Origin: Candidatus Marinacidobacterium sp.
GTDB lineage: Bacteria > Acidobacteriota > Vicinamibacteria > Marinacidobacterales > Marinacidobacteraceae
Length of the DNA stretch: 64,000 bases
NCBI GenBank assembly: GCA_965220965.1
Contig: CBDCRI010000001.1
Coordinates: forward strand, 293,532-357,531
Direction: 5' to 3'
Made by a program: the position numbers and the translations under genes. Every line of letters starts with the position of its first letter. Positions within the stretch are counted from its first letter, which is position 1. This document shows positions 19,122 to 28,398 of the stretch, one piece after another. The notes below the pieces were generated by a model. The model had not been told where the DNA came from. It saw only the letters and a program-made list of their open reading frames with translations, and did no database searches.

Positions 19122-20651
19122 CTAGCGCGTCGCCTGGGCGCCCACCGCGATCTCGCTGTCGCGGGAGATCGCCAAGGCCAGAGCGCTTCCGCCCCCGCCC
19201 GGCTCGCCCTCCCGGTCGCCGACGGCGACGAGCAGCTCCACGTTGAGCGCGATGGCCGAGCAGTCCACCGCCACCGCACCCCGGTACAGGCTGAACGCCG
19301 GGTTGACGCCAGCGAGCGTCCCGGACAGGGCGCAGTCGTAGCCGCCCGCGTCGAGGGAGCCGCCCAGCCGGCCCTGCCCGTCGACCGTGAAGGCCAAGCC
19401 CTCAGCGGACCATTGGCCAGCCAGCGCCGCGGCGTCAGCACCGCGGCCGAAGCCGGCGAACGCCCGGCCGCTGAAAGCCCGGGAGACGCCTGCGATCGAG
19501 TACTCGCCCTTGATCCAGTCGCCTTGGCGGTAGGCGGCGCGCAGCTCGAACGGCTCGCTGCCGCCGCTGACGCCGAGGCCCGCCACGTTGACGACGCCGG
19601 ACTCGTAGGCCCTGCCGCTGGCGCTGAGGCTGCCAGCGCCGGAGTCGTAGTCCGCGTCGGCGACGCGCACGGTCCCCTCGCCTGGCAGCCAGCCGTAGAG
19701 GCGACCGTCCGGGGTGGCGACCAGGTAGCCGTCGTCCCCGCCGGCGGAGGGCAGCCGCCAGACGTTGGCGGCGCCCGCGTAGTCGGCCTTGGCGGCGGAC
19801 AGGTTGGACAGGTGGCCGGTGGGCGTGTCCATCAAGCTCATTACGAGGATGGGGCGGTCCGCCGACACGGCCAAGCGCCACTTCACGGCGCCGTCGCCCA
19901 GGCGCCCCTCCAGGCCGTCGCCGCCGTTCTCCAGCTCCGCGGAGGTCACCGCCCGCGCGGCGTTGGCGGGCAGCGTCAGGGTGACCGGGCCGCCTGCCGA
20001 CCCGGGCCGCCCCCGGTCGTCACGGCCGGTGACGGCGACCGCCGCCGGCTCATCGGACAGGTTGACCAGGCGCAGCCAGCTCCGCTGGCGGTAGTTGCTC
20101 GCGGGGTTGAAGATCGACACCCGGTGGCGCATGCGGCCTTCGGGGGCCACGGCGGACATGCTGGTGAGGAAGCCGTCGCGCCGGGTGCGGATGTAGGCCT
20201 GCGGCTCGATGTCCTGACGGCTGTGCAGGTGCAGGCGCCAGTTGCCCTCGGCCGGCCCAAGGCCGTCCGTGAGGCGCTTGCCGGCGTTGCCCTGCTCCAT
20301 GTCCTCGGAGTTGAGGTGGATGGCCTGCAGGGCGGGCAGCGTCAGCCGCGCCGGTCCGCGCCGCCGGCCCGCGTCGTCGACGCCGAAGATGCGCACGGCG
20401 GCGTCCTCGTCGGAATGGTTGACGACCCGGACGAACCCCTGCTGGTCGAGGTTGGAGGTGGACATGAACAGCGGCAGGACGTGCTCGCGCCCGCCCGGCT
20501 GGCCGAGCGCTCCCCCGGACAGGGAGAACAGGGCCGCCGTGGCCGCGGTGGCGCAAATCACCGTCACGCATCGATGGAACGGCAGGCGCAGTGACGGCCA
20601 CTTCGCCCGCGGCGGGCTGCTGGGCAAGGCCCCGGCGGAGCGGGAGGTCAT
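19122..20651 (-). CDS. Secreted protein with an internally repeated domain.
   Basis: N-terminal signal peptide (VTVICATAATAALFSLSGGALG). Repeated segments VRVVNHSDEDAAVRIFGVDDAGRRRGPARLTLPA and LRLVNLSDEPAAVAVTGRDDRGRPGSAGGPVTLTLPA. Confidence 0.5.
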   Translation of the reverse strand: MTSRSAGALPSSPPRAKWPSLRLPFHRCVTVICATAATAALFSLSGGALGQPGGREHVLPLFMSTSNLDQQGFVRVVNHSDEDAAVRIFGVDDAGRRRGPARLTLPALQAIHLNSEDMEQGNAGKRLTDGLGPAEGNWRLHLHSRQDIEPQAYIRTRRDGFLTSMSAVAPEGRMRHRVSIFNPASNYRQRSWLRLVNLSDEPAAVAVTGRDDRGRPGSAGGPVTLTLPANAARAVTSAELENGGDGLEGRLGDGAVKWRLAVSADRPILVMSLMDTPTGHLSNLSAAKADYAGAANVWRLPSAGGDDGYLVATPDGRLYGWLPGEGTVRVADADYDSGAGSLSASGRAYESGVVNVAGLGVSGGSEPFELRAAYRQGDWIKGEYSIAGVSRAFSGRAFAGFGRGADAAALAGQWSAEGLAFTVDGQGRLGGSLDAGGYDCALSGTLAGVNPAFSLYRGAVAVDCSAIALNVELLVAVGDREGEPGGGGSALALAISRDSEIAVGAQATR

Positions 20652-20902
20652 GTCCGTCCCCATCCATTCAGAACGTCCATTGCGTAGCATAGCGCGTCAT
20701 CCAGCCACCGCCGGGTGACGCCCGGATCGACCTGCCGCAATTTGTGGAACAGCGGAGCCAAAGGCCCAAAGTCGGCGATTGGATGAAGCTCGTTGGCCAC
20801 CACTCTCGCTTGGTGGATTGTCTCGCCGGTGGCGGCGCTGACGAAGTCGAATCCGAGAACCCCCCTTTCGTCGCGCATCGCCGTCACGTGTATCCTGCTC
20901 AT
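20648..20902 (-). CDS. Hypothetical small protein.
   Basis: 84-aa ORF whose stop overlaps the downstream start (ATGA-type coupling at 20648-20651). Confidence 0.3.
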   Translation of the reverse strand: MSRIHVTAMRDERGVLGFDFVSAATGETIHQARVVANELHPIADFGPLAPLFHKLRQVDPGVTRRWLDDALCYAMDVLNGWGRT

Positions 20903-20935
20903 GCCCGGTCTGCCAACGGGAAGGCGCCGGCCGCC

Positions 20936-21142
20936 CTAGTCCACCGTGACGCAGGCGCACGGCCAGGGCATGTCGTCGGTGTCGGGCCGGCTCCGCTCCG
21001 CGATGTGCGTCAGCCCGTGCTTGACGGCGTTGCGGGTGGCCTCCACGAACGGGAGGCACTTCGGGCAGGTGTCGACCTGATAGGTCTCCCCTGTGTCGCT
21101 GCGGGTCTCATAGGTCGTGATGACCTTGGATTGGGACGTCAT
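20936..21142 (-). CDS. Hypothetical small Cys-containing protein (possible zinc ribbon).
   Basis: 68 aa with CPKC...CAC. Confidence 0.25.
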   Translation of the reverse strand: MTSQSKVITTYETRSDTGETYQVDTCPKCLPFVEATRNAVKHGLTHIAERSRPDTDDMPWPCACVTVD

Positions 21143-21208
21143 TGGCCGCCTCCCGGGGCATTGCTGGATGATGTCCGCATTATACCATGGCCGGCGCCCC
21201 GCACCGCG

Positions 21209-21832
21209 CTAGGGGGCCGGCCCGGGAGTCCCGGGCTCGGCGGGCGACGGCGGGTTGGCCTCCTGCCAGGCGGCCTTGCGCTCGTGCAGCCAAGTTTGGG
21301 TGTGGGTGAAGGTCGGCCCCACGGACGTGCAGAAGGCGGCGCCGCCATTGAACCCGTCGGCCTGCGGCCTCGAGCAGTAGTCCGCCCAGGCGAACCCCAC
21401 GGGGGGGAGCCCGAAGGCCTCCACCAGCCCCGAGGCGCAGTGGCCGGCGAGCTCAACGTCGCCGTACTCCTCGGCGTAGATGCTCACGCCCCCGTCCCAT
21501 GTCTCGACCAGGAAGTCGTCGCTGAGCTCATCCAAGTCCTCCGTGTCCGCATCCTTCAGGCAGTTGGGGCGCTCGATGCATAGGCGCGCGAAGAGCTTGG
21601 CGGCCAGCTGCCGCGCAACCGCACGGGCCTCGGCGTCGAACCGCGGCCCGGGCGGCTCCGCCTCCGGAAACATGTCATCGAAGCCGAACGGGCGCCCGTG
21701 CTCAAGGGCCTGCAGCCCCTCGCGCCACCGGGCCGGGCCGTTCACGACCGCTTCAAGCGCCCACTTGGCGGCCTCGGCGCGCCCGCCCAAGTCCTCCACT
21801 CGGAACGAGAACTGGCGGTAGTTGTTGGCCAT
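21209..21832 (-). CDS. Hypothetical protein.
   Basis: 207-aa ORF with coding-like composition. Confidence 0.4.
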   Translation of the reverse strand: MANNYRQFSFRVEDLGGRAEAAKWALEAVVNGPARWREGLQALEHGRPFGFDDMFPEAEPPGPRFDAEARAVARQLAAKLFARLCIERPNCLKDADTEDLDELSDDFLVETWDGGVSIYAEEYGDVELAGHCASGLVEAFGLPPVGFAWADYCSRPQADGFNGGAAFCTSVGPTFTHTQTWLHERKAAWQEANPPSPAEPGTPGPAP

Positions 21833-22022
21833 GGACCTCTCCTGGTTGACTTGGCGGTCGCCGCCCGCGCCGCGGCCCGTGCCGGGCGAATGGCGCGCCC
21901 GGATTCATTATAGGAGGGCGGCCGGCCTTGGGCCGTTACCGTCCGCGGAAACGCCGCCATTGCCTGAGAGGGCTTGCCCAGAGGGATGGGGCGGCTCTGT
22001 GTCTGCCTGCTTTTCAGGTGGT

Positions 22023-22871
22023 CTAGGACGTCTCCAGCGCATGCTTCGTGTCCCACACCGGAGCCGAACTGCCGTCCCGCCTCCAACATCGACGCTCGGC
22101 CAGCTCCTGAAGCAGGTACGGCATTAGCGCTCGCCGGACACGGATGACGCGCTTGCCCGTTTCAGGAATGCCGTACTCGTGCTCGTAGCAGAGCCGCTCG
22201 TCATGGGAAAGCTCCTTGGAAAGGATGAACTCGCGTCTCTCGAACGAGTTCCAATCGTCGTCCCCATCGAGTCCGACAAAGGGCGCTTCGTCGTCTCGCC
22301 ATGCATCGATGGACCGAGCAGGCACGACATCCACGTAGCGATCCTCGAGCGGCCGACTGAACTCGTCACGGCAACCCGCTCTGTACCCTCGCACGTGATA
22401 GCGCCCCCTTGTGCGAACGAGTTCGGATGGCGAAAAGACGAATTCCTGACGGCCGGTTTTGGCTGCGTAGACCAGCCTCACTGGCTCCCTGTCGAGCCAT
22501 GCAGCCACAAATTCCCGAACCGCAGCAGAAGGTGTCGCCGCGGTGAGCGACAAATCGTGTCCTCTGGCCTTGGGCACGGTCGATGCGAATGGGTTTCCCG
22601 GCAAGCCGTTGCCAATCAGCATCAGTGCAAACGCAACGCCCGGATCGATGACTTCGGGCGCCGGTTCAAAGCGTTCGTCCGGCACCAGACATCGTTCCGA
22701 ACTCGGCTTATAAGGTGGCAAGAGGCCGCGAACCCGCCATTCGGAGATCAGGTTCCTTGCGGTGCGCTCGGAAACGCGCGCGAACCTCTGCACATCGCCC
22801 GCTTTGAGGCCTCCTCGCCAGAACAGCATGGTTTCAGCAAAACGGCGTGCAACTGCGCGACCAACATTCAT
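22023..22871 (-). CDS. WYL-domain transcriptional regulator (HTH + WYL), divergently oriented from the cas operon.
   Basis: HTH GDVQRFARVSERTARNLI. WYL-like RLVYAAKTGRQEFVFSPSELVRTRGRYHVRGY. Confidence 0.65.
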   Translation of the reverse strand: MNVGRAVARRFAETMLFWRGGLKAGDVQRFARVSERTARNLISEWRVRGLLPPYKPSSERCLVPDERFEPAPEVIDPGVAFALMLIGNGLPGNPFASTVPKARGHDLSLTAATPSAAVREFVAAWLDREPVRLVYAAKTGRQEFVFSPSELVRTRGRYHVRGYRAGCRDEFSRPLEDRYVDVVPARSIDAWRDDEAPFVGLDGDDDWNSFERREFILSKELSHDERLCYEHEYGIPETGKRVIRVRRALMPYLLQELAERRCWRRDGSSAPVWDTKHALETS

Positions 22872-22976
22872 TACAGATCAAATCTAGGTCAACACCTGCA
22901 ATATTTGCAAGTTTCACTCTCATGCAGATCACGTATGTTAGTCGGCAGTTCGTGTTGTCCAGAGGATACATTTGGG

Positions 22977-23705
22977 ATGCGATTCAGATTGACAGCGCCA
23001 CGCGGTGAGAGTGCGCGGATTCGGTACTTGGACAGCCTCCACGCTGCACTGATCAACGCTTGGACCGCCAGTGGAGCGCAGCCCGAGCAATTGTTGGGGG
23101 GGCGTGCCGGCAACTGGTCCTTCGGGGCAGTGGGCGCCTCGAAATCCAGTGGCTTCGCGCTCAAGTCCGTAGTGATTGGGGCGGAAGACGGCGCCTTGGA
23201 GCCGTTCCTCCAAGACCTAGCTTGCGAAAACGTTCGAAAATCGTCTGTCAATGGCGACGTCATTGATCTTTCCGCTTGGGATCTGGCCCCGGAGGAGCTG
23301 CCGATTGAGTGTCCTCACGGCAGCTCGGCCGTCCTTCCGGCAATCATGCTCTCTCCGCTCGCCGTGTCCAAGCGCGGGGAAAAGAGGCGTTGGCATGACG
23401 ATCTGACGAAGATCGGATCGAACCTCGAGCAGGCGGTCAGCGCGCGTCTGTCGCGACTGACTGGTCGAAAGGTGGACCTTGAGGTTGAACCCGACCGACT
23501 CTACCTTCGAGCGAATCCGAAGCACTCGACGCTGGTTCCTACCCGCACCGCCAGGGGAGCAAGGCCGGCATTCGTGATCGGGACGCTTTGCCCGTTGCTC
23601 ATCCGCGGAAGCATTGAAGACCTCCGTTCAGCCTGGGCACTCGGAATCGGCGAGAAGAATCGCTACGGATTCGGGTGCATTGGCTACGCAGGACAACGCG
23701 CATGA
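22977..23705 (+). CDS. cas6: Cas6 crRNA endoribonuclease.
   Basis: 243 aa with the C-terminal glycine-rich loop GIGEKNRYGFGCIG. First gene of the cas operon. Its stop overlaps the next ATG (ATGA). Confidence 0.8.
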   Translation: MRFRLTAPRGESARIRYLDSLHAALINAWTASGAQPEQLLGGRAGNWSFGAVGASKSSGFALKSVVIGAEDGALEPFLQDLACENVRKSSVNGDVIDLSAWDLAPEELPIECPHGSSAVLPAIMLSPLAVSKRGEKRRWHDDLTKIGSNLEQAVSARLSRLTGRKVDLEVEPDRLYLRANPKHSTLVPTRTARGARPAFVIGTLCPLLIRGSIEDLRSAWALGIGEKNRYGFGCIGYAGQRA

Positions 23706-26695
23706 CGGGCGCACCGCGGGGATTCGCTCACTCGGCAGCCGTTGAGGTCTACGGTGCCTTCCTAGACGAGTGTGTCATTGCGCACGTTGCCAAGGATCGC
23801 GTTGGCGCTCCCGCGAGGACTGCCAATGCAATCGTCGACGGCCGCCCAGTGCGCTTGGTGACGATCAGCGGGAAAGGAGGCTGGTCCCCCGATTCGCAAT
23901 TGCGCGAGCGCTATTCGAAGAACCGCAACGTCAGCCTGCTGGACCACGCGCTCTCCGTGGCGCGCGGTGCGCTCATGTTCTGGCTTGCCAACGCGCCCAG
24001 AGCCTGGTCCGGCGAAAGCGACCTAAAGGAAATAGAGCAGCTAGGGTACAGTGTGGTCTGCATCGCGTTCCTTCACGACATCGACAAGGATCTGGGGTTG
24101 GCGCGCGGGGAGAAAATCCCCGCTGACGCGGTGGCCGAGCGCATGAGGCGCTACGGCATCGATGAGTTTCTCGCAAAGCATGACATCCGCATGTCGCCTG
24201 CAGCGATGCTCAACTACATCGAGGCTGTCGAGGGCACCCAAGTGGCCGGAAGCGCGCCGGCGCCGGATTTCAACGCGCGAATTGCATCCACCTGCCGTTA
24301 CGTCGAGTTGGCCGACAAGCTCGATGGAACCTTCTCGAGCAATGAGCCGGGTGGAGGGGTCGAAGGAGTGGTTGCGTCACTGGGCGACCCAAACCGATGG
24401 CCGGTGCTTGGCGACGATTCGGCACTGAAGCGTTGGGAAAGGATAGAGGTTCACGATCATCTTCACCCCTTTCTCTTGGACGGACTTCAATCGGCACTAT
24501 CCTCCGCCTGTGAGGACCTCTCCGGCCGCCTTCCCTTGGTCGAGGTGGTCCACGGCGGGCGCCTCCTGGCCGTGATTCCGCGAGAGCAAGCGGGACCGAT
24601 CCAAGATCGTGCCCTGGAGCGCTTTCTGCAGGAACTTCCCTACGGCTTGGGCTTCTCGGTCAACAACCGGCTGGCGTGCGAGTTCGTTGGCGGAGCAGCC
24701 TCGTGGCAGGCGTGTCGCGAAGTCATGGACCAAACATCCAACTGGCGTGCCTTCGCAAACCTCCTCGCGCTCCCAAAGCCTTTTGTCCGTGAACACCGTC
24801 AAGCTGTGGACGAGCTTTTTGAGAGCGCGGGCATGTCGAGTTCGTGGAGTTCCATCGACGACGGCGGCGGCGCCACCGCGAAGCCCGCGCTGAATCACCC
24901 CGGAGGATACCCTGCTGACCTGGACATGGAGCCTGCCCATGCGCTGACGTTCCTTGCGATTGCGCTCAACCACAGGGACAGCCCGCGCAAGGGCGGCGCG
25001 CCGGACGCCGCCTCGCGCGAACGGGAACTGACCGACCTGCTGGAGGCCAACGGCACGCCGTTGCCGCGCTTCATCGCGGCGAGCCTTGCGCGTGATGCGC
25101 GGGCGCGGCGGGTCATGCTCGCATTGTGGGCGGTGGCGGAGATATGGAAGCAGGCTGACGACGATCCAGACTCGGCGCAGGAGCTGCTGGACCTCGTCGT
25201 TGGTCGCGGCGGCCTTGCGGGCCTGTGGATTGAAGGCGATGAAGCCCGGCCGGGGCTGGCGGCCCAGGTCGAGGATACGTCGAGTGAAATCACGAGCGCC
25301 CTTCGTGAGCGCTTTGGCGCTCAACTGAAAGGGGCCGCCGCGCGGCCGTTTGACGGCGACCAGCCCCGCAAGCGGTGCATTCTCTGCAACGAGCCGGTCC
25401 GCGAGTCACGGCGGGTGAGGACCGAATCGCGCGCCCACGGCATCAAGTCGTCCGCATTTTCGGGACGGGATCTGCGCAACGACCACCTCGCCTCCCCTTC
25501 CGGCGACACCCACCTTTGCCTAGTGTGCCTCGCCGAGTCACAGCTGCGGCAAGATGCGCAGGAAGAGTTCAAGGGAAGCGGCGACCTTCCCGCACTCATG
25601 TCTTCCCCGACGACGACCGGCCTCTTCGGCGGGCTCGCGTTCCAAAGCGGAGGACCGGGGATCCCCATGGGCCTGAACGACCTCAATCGCCTCTCGATCA
25701 AGAAGGGACGCGTCTACGAAGGCCTCGACTGCCAGAAGCGCCGCATTCGCCTGGCCCGCCTGGAGGCCCAGCCCCGCAAGGATGGCGAGCTCGTCGCCCA
25801 GCTTCGGATGATTCTGCAAGCGGTTCGGCGGCTTGGCCGGCCGATCCACATCTTCCGTGGGGCGCCGCGCCAACACCCCGCCATCTTTCATTCCGATTCG
25901 TTGCCCACATGGCTCGAAAGGCTGCTCGGCGGCGACTCGCTGCGCATAGAACAGCTTGGCGGCGCCATGGCAAAACTGGAGTTGTTCGAGCGCATGGCCG
26001 ACATGCCCGGCCTGGGAATCGAGTGGGCCAAGCAGCTTGCGGATCCCGACCACCTAGTGCGGCTCGGCGCCATTTGCGTTGCGTGGAGCCTGGCGGTCGA
26101 CCGGGAGGGCGCCAGGAACGGCAAACAAGCGCGGTCCAACATTGAAGCAAAGACGCGCGAGCACGCGCTCTCGCTCATCAGAAGCACCGGAGGTGAACCA
26201 GTGAACTTGAAAAACAACGCGGACCCCCTGATTCGGCTCGCATGGCTCGCGACACGCATCCAGAAGCGGAGAGGATTCAAAGATTCAACCGGGAAGCAGC
26301 TGCTTTGCTGGAAAATCGCCGTGGACTTCTACGCGGGCGCTAGGGCTTCGACAACGCAAGATCGAACCGCCCTGATCCTCGGGCTCGCCGGCACGCTTGA
26401 GGAGGAGCTAACGAGAAAGGATGACGCGGCTGCGAAAAAGCACCGCGACGATGAGCTTCGGAAGGACCGAGGGGCAAGTCAAGGCGGCGAGTCGCTTGCC
26501 GATGCTTGCGTCACGTTCGCCGAGCACTTTGCCGACAACGTGTGGGGTGCAGCATTCGGCTCGAAGGAGCCGACCTCGCAGGAGCAGCGGCGCGCGGCGT
26601 CCATTTACCGCTTCGCCTTGCTGGAATCCTATCGCGAGCGCGCGATAGCCGAGTCGGCAAGCGCGGCCTTCAACGACGAAAGCCCGGAATCCTGA
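23702..26695 (+). CDS. CRISPR large subunit with an N-terminal HD nuclease domain and a Cys4 zinc finger (Cas10d-like).
   Basis: HD motifs LLDHALSVARG...VVCIAFLHDIDKDLG. CILCNEP...HLCLVCLAE zinc finger. ~1000 aa, in the large-subunit position. Confidence 0.7.
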   Translation: MTGAPRGFAHSAAVEVYGAFLDECVIAHVAKDRVGAPARTANAIVDGRPVRLVTISGKGGWSPDSQLRERYSKNRNVSLLDHALSVARGALMFWLANAPRAWSGESDLKEIEQLGYSVVCIAFLHDIDKDLGLARGEKIPADAVAERMRRYGIDEFLAKHDIRMSPAAMLNYIEAVEGTQVAGSAPAPDFNARIASTCRYVELADKLDGTFSSNEPGGGVEGVVASLGDPNRWPVLGDDSALKRWERIEVHDHLHPFLLDGLQSALSSACEDLSGRLPLVEVVHGGRLLAVIPREQAGPIQDRALERFLQELPYGLGFSVNNRLACEFVGGAASWQACREVMDQTSNWRAFANLLALPKPFVREHRQAVDELFESAGMSSSWSSIDDGGGATAKPALNHPGGYPADLDMEPAHALTFLAIALNHRDSPRKGGAPDAASRERELTDLLEANGTPLPRFIAASLARDARARRVMLALWAVAEIWKQADDDPDSAQELLDLVVGRGGLAGLWIEGDEARPGLAAQVEDTSSEITSALRERFGAQLKGAAARPFDGDQPRKRCILCNEPVRESRRVRTESRAHGIKSSAFSGRDLRNDHLASPSGDTHLCLVCLAESQLRQDAQEEFKGSGDLPALMSSPTTTGLFGGLAFQSGGPGIPMGLNDLNRLSIKKGRVYEGLDCQKRRIRLARLEAQPRKDGELVAQLRMILQAVRRLGRPIHIFRGAPRQHPAIFHSDSLPTWLERLLGGDSLRIEQLGGAMAKLELFERMADMPGLGIEWAKQLADPDHLVRLGAICVAWSLAVDREGARNGKQARSNIEAKTREHALSLIRSTGGEPVNLKNNADPLIRLAWLATRIQKRRGFKDSTGKQLLCWKIAVDFYAGARASTTQDRTALILGLAGTLEEELTRKDDAAAKKHRDDELRKDRGASQGGESLADACVTFAEHFADNVWGAAFGSKEPTSQEQRRAASIYRFALLESYRERAIAESASAAFNDESPES

Positions 26696-26714
26696 CCCGA
26701 GAGTTTCCAACCAC

Positions 26715-27725
26715 ATGGAGAACATGATGCTCGACCAATTCAATGCGTATCTCAACGACGGCGACCTTACCGAGGAGGTGACCGCCGCCAACGGCAAGGA
26801 CACCTACGTGATGCCCAAGCGGCGCAATGCCGGACATGTGGCCATCGCACTCATCCGCGAGATCGTGGCGCCCACCGTCTTCCGCAATGCGGAGGAGGAA
26901 ATCACCGACATCGAGGACCGGAAGGGCATTCGCCGCGTGCGGGCGACGCCGAACAAGTTCAAGTTCGGGGAGCGCGGCCGGGGCCTGTTGGTGCTGCGCG
27001 CTTGGAACGTCGGTGGCCGGCTGCCGCAAAACCGCACCGCGGTCGGTCAGCGAATGCCGGTCCGTGAGGCGTTGGACCTGAACACCCTAGTGTTCGGCGA
27101 CTCGACCATGTTGGGTACGCGGGTCCTGCCGGTCAAGGCGGCCGTTCAGTACTCCGACGCGCTGAGCACCACGCCGTACCGCGAGGCCGTAGGCGAGAGC
27201 TTTCACCACCGTGGCGACGAGACCGGAACGTTGTGGGACGCAGAGGGAAAGAAGAACACCGAAAACCTGTTTACGCGTCACTTCGTGCGACCCGGGACGA
27301 CGCTGATCCAGATCCTCACCAGCAACGGCCGGCAGCTTCCGCCGATTGGCCTCGACCACCTGCTGCTGAGCCTTGGCCTCGCCGGCTCTTACGGCGGACA
27401 GACCTCGGTGACGGGAGTGAACGTGCGCACGCACATCGCTGGCATCTTCGCCTCGCGTCTTGAGGTGCCAGTTTCGTCACCTTACGAGTTGCTCCGCAAG
27501 GTGCCGGAATCCGGCTCCGCGGACAAGCTGGCAGCCGGGGTGTACCAGGAGATGAAGGAGCACTACCAAACGCGCGCCGATGGCGCCGAAGCGTCAGCGC
27601 ATCAGCGGCAGCTCGTCCATGCGTTCGAGCGCGACGACTCGGAGCTGCGGCGCCGGTATGAAGACGCTGCGCCCAAGATCGCGGACATGTTCGAGGGGTA
27701 CTTCAACCCCGAGAAGAAGGCGTGA
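26715..27725 (+). CDS. cas7: Cas7 backbone subunit (Csc2-like).
   Basis: 336 aa in the Cas7 position. Glycine-rich loop LAGSYGGQTSVTG. Confidence 0.65.
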   Translation: MENMMLDQFNAYLNDGDLTEEVTAANGKDTYVMPKRRNAGHVAIALIREIVAPTVFRNAEEEITDIEDRKGIRRVRATPNKFKFGERGRGLLVLRAWNVGGRLPQNRTAVGQRMPVREALDLNTLVFGDSTMLGTRVLPVKAAVQYSDALSTTPYREAVGESFHHRGDETGTLWDAEGKKNTENLFTRHFVRPGTTLIQILTSNGRQLPPIGLDHLLLSLGLAGSYGGQTSVTGVNVRTHIAGIFASRLEVPVSSPYELLRKVPESGSADKLAAGVYQEMKEHYQTRADGAEASAHQRQLVHAFERDDSELRRRYEDAAPKIADMFEGYFNPEKKA

Positions 27726-27728
27726 ACC

Positions 27729-28391
27729 GTGGCTGCGGCCCTCTTCCCGTTTAAACTGACTGCGCTGTCGCCCTGGGCATGGCACGGGCTCGCCGTGCCA
27801 TCGGGAACCTCGACGCTGAACGATGTCGTCACCGACACCGCAATGGCGTTCGCGACGGCGGCGGCGCTGGGCATGATGCCCCGTTCGCCATGCCTGCCGT
27901 CGGCACCCGACTATCGGAACCACTTGGCCGCCTTGCCCTTCAAGACCGCGCTCTTCACGGGGACCGGCAACCGGCTCAACCGGCCATTGGCGCGCCGCCT
28001 CAACCTCGATCCGGAGTGCGGGATGCCGAAGAGCGTTCACGATGCACGCAACAGCGGCAACGTCAAGGACTACTTCCACATCCACGAGGTCGCGGCGGGA
28101 GCCGTTTTCCACGGGAGCTTTCTCCACGCCGATCCGATGGAGCTGGCATTCGAAGCCTATGGCGAGAGGCCGGAAGGGCTCGTCATCCGGCTGGGTTTGG
28201 GGAGAAACGGCATGGGACTCCTGCAGCGATGCGACGAACAGGCTCCCGTACGGCTCAATCTCCATACGGCGCAACTCTTCGATCCAGACGTCGATCTAAG
28301 GGCGGGGCCGTATCGCCTGCACAACATCCAGCCCAGCGAACCGCTGGATCCTGACGAGGCTTTGCGCATCACCGCCGGTTGGCATCGGTGA
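27729..28391 (+). CDS. cas5: Cas5 subunit (Csc1-like). Probable GTG start.
   Basis: 220 aa in the Cas5 position between cas7 and cas3'. Confidence 0.55.
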   Translation: MAAALFPFKLTALSPWAWHGLAVPSGTSTLNDVVTDTAMAFATAAALGMMPRSPCLPSAPDYRNHLAALPFKTALFTGTGNRLNRPLARRLNLDPECGMPKSVHDARNSGNVKDYFHIHEVAAGAVFHGSFLHADPMELAFEAYGERPEGLVIRLGLGRNGMGLLQRCDEQAPVRLNLHTAQLFDPDVDLRAGPYRLHNIQPSEPLDPDEALRITAGWHR

Positions 28392-28398
28392 ACGGACA

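Noticed and set aside
22179-22976. An N-terminal 266-aa extension of the Cas6 ORF (the ORF track starts at 22179).
   Set aside because: The extension overlaps the divergent WYL regulator region and has no coding character. The Cas6 homology, with its typical length, begins at the ATG at 22977.
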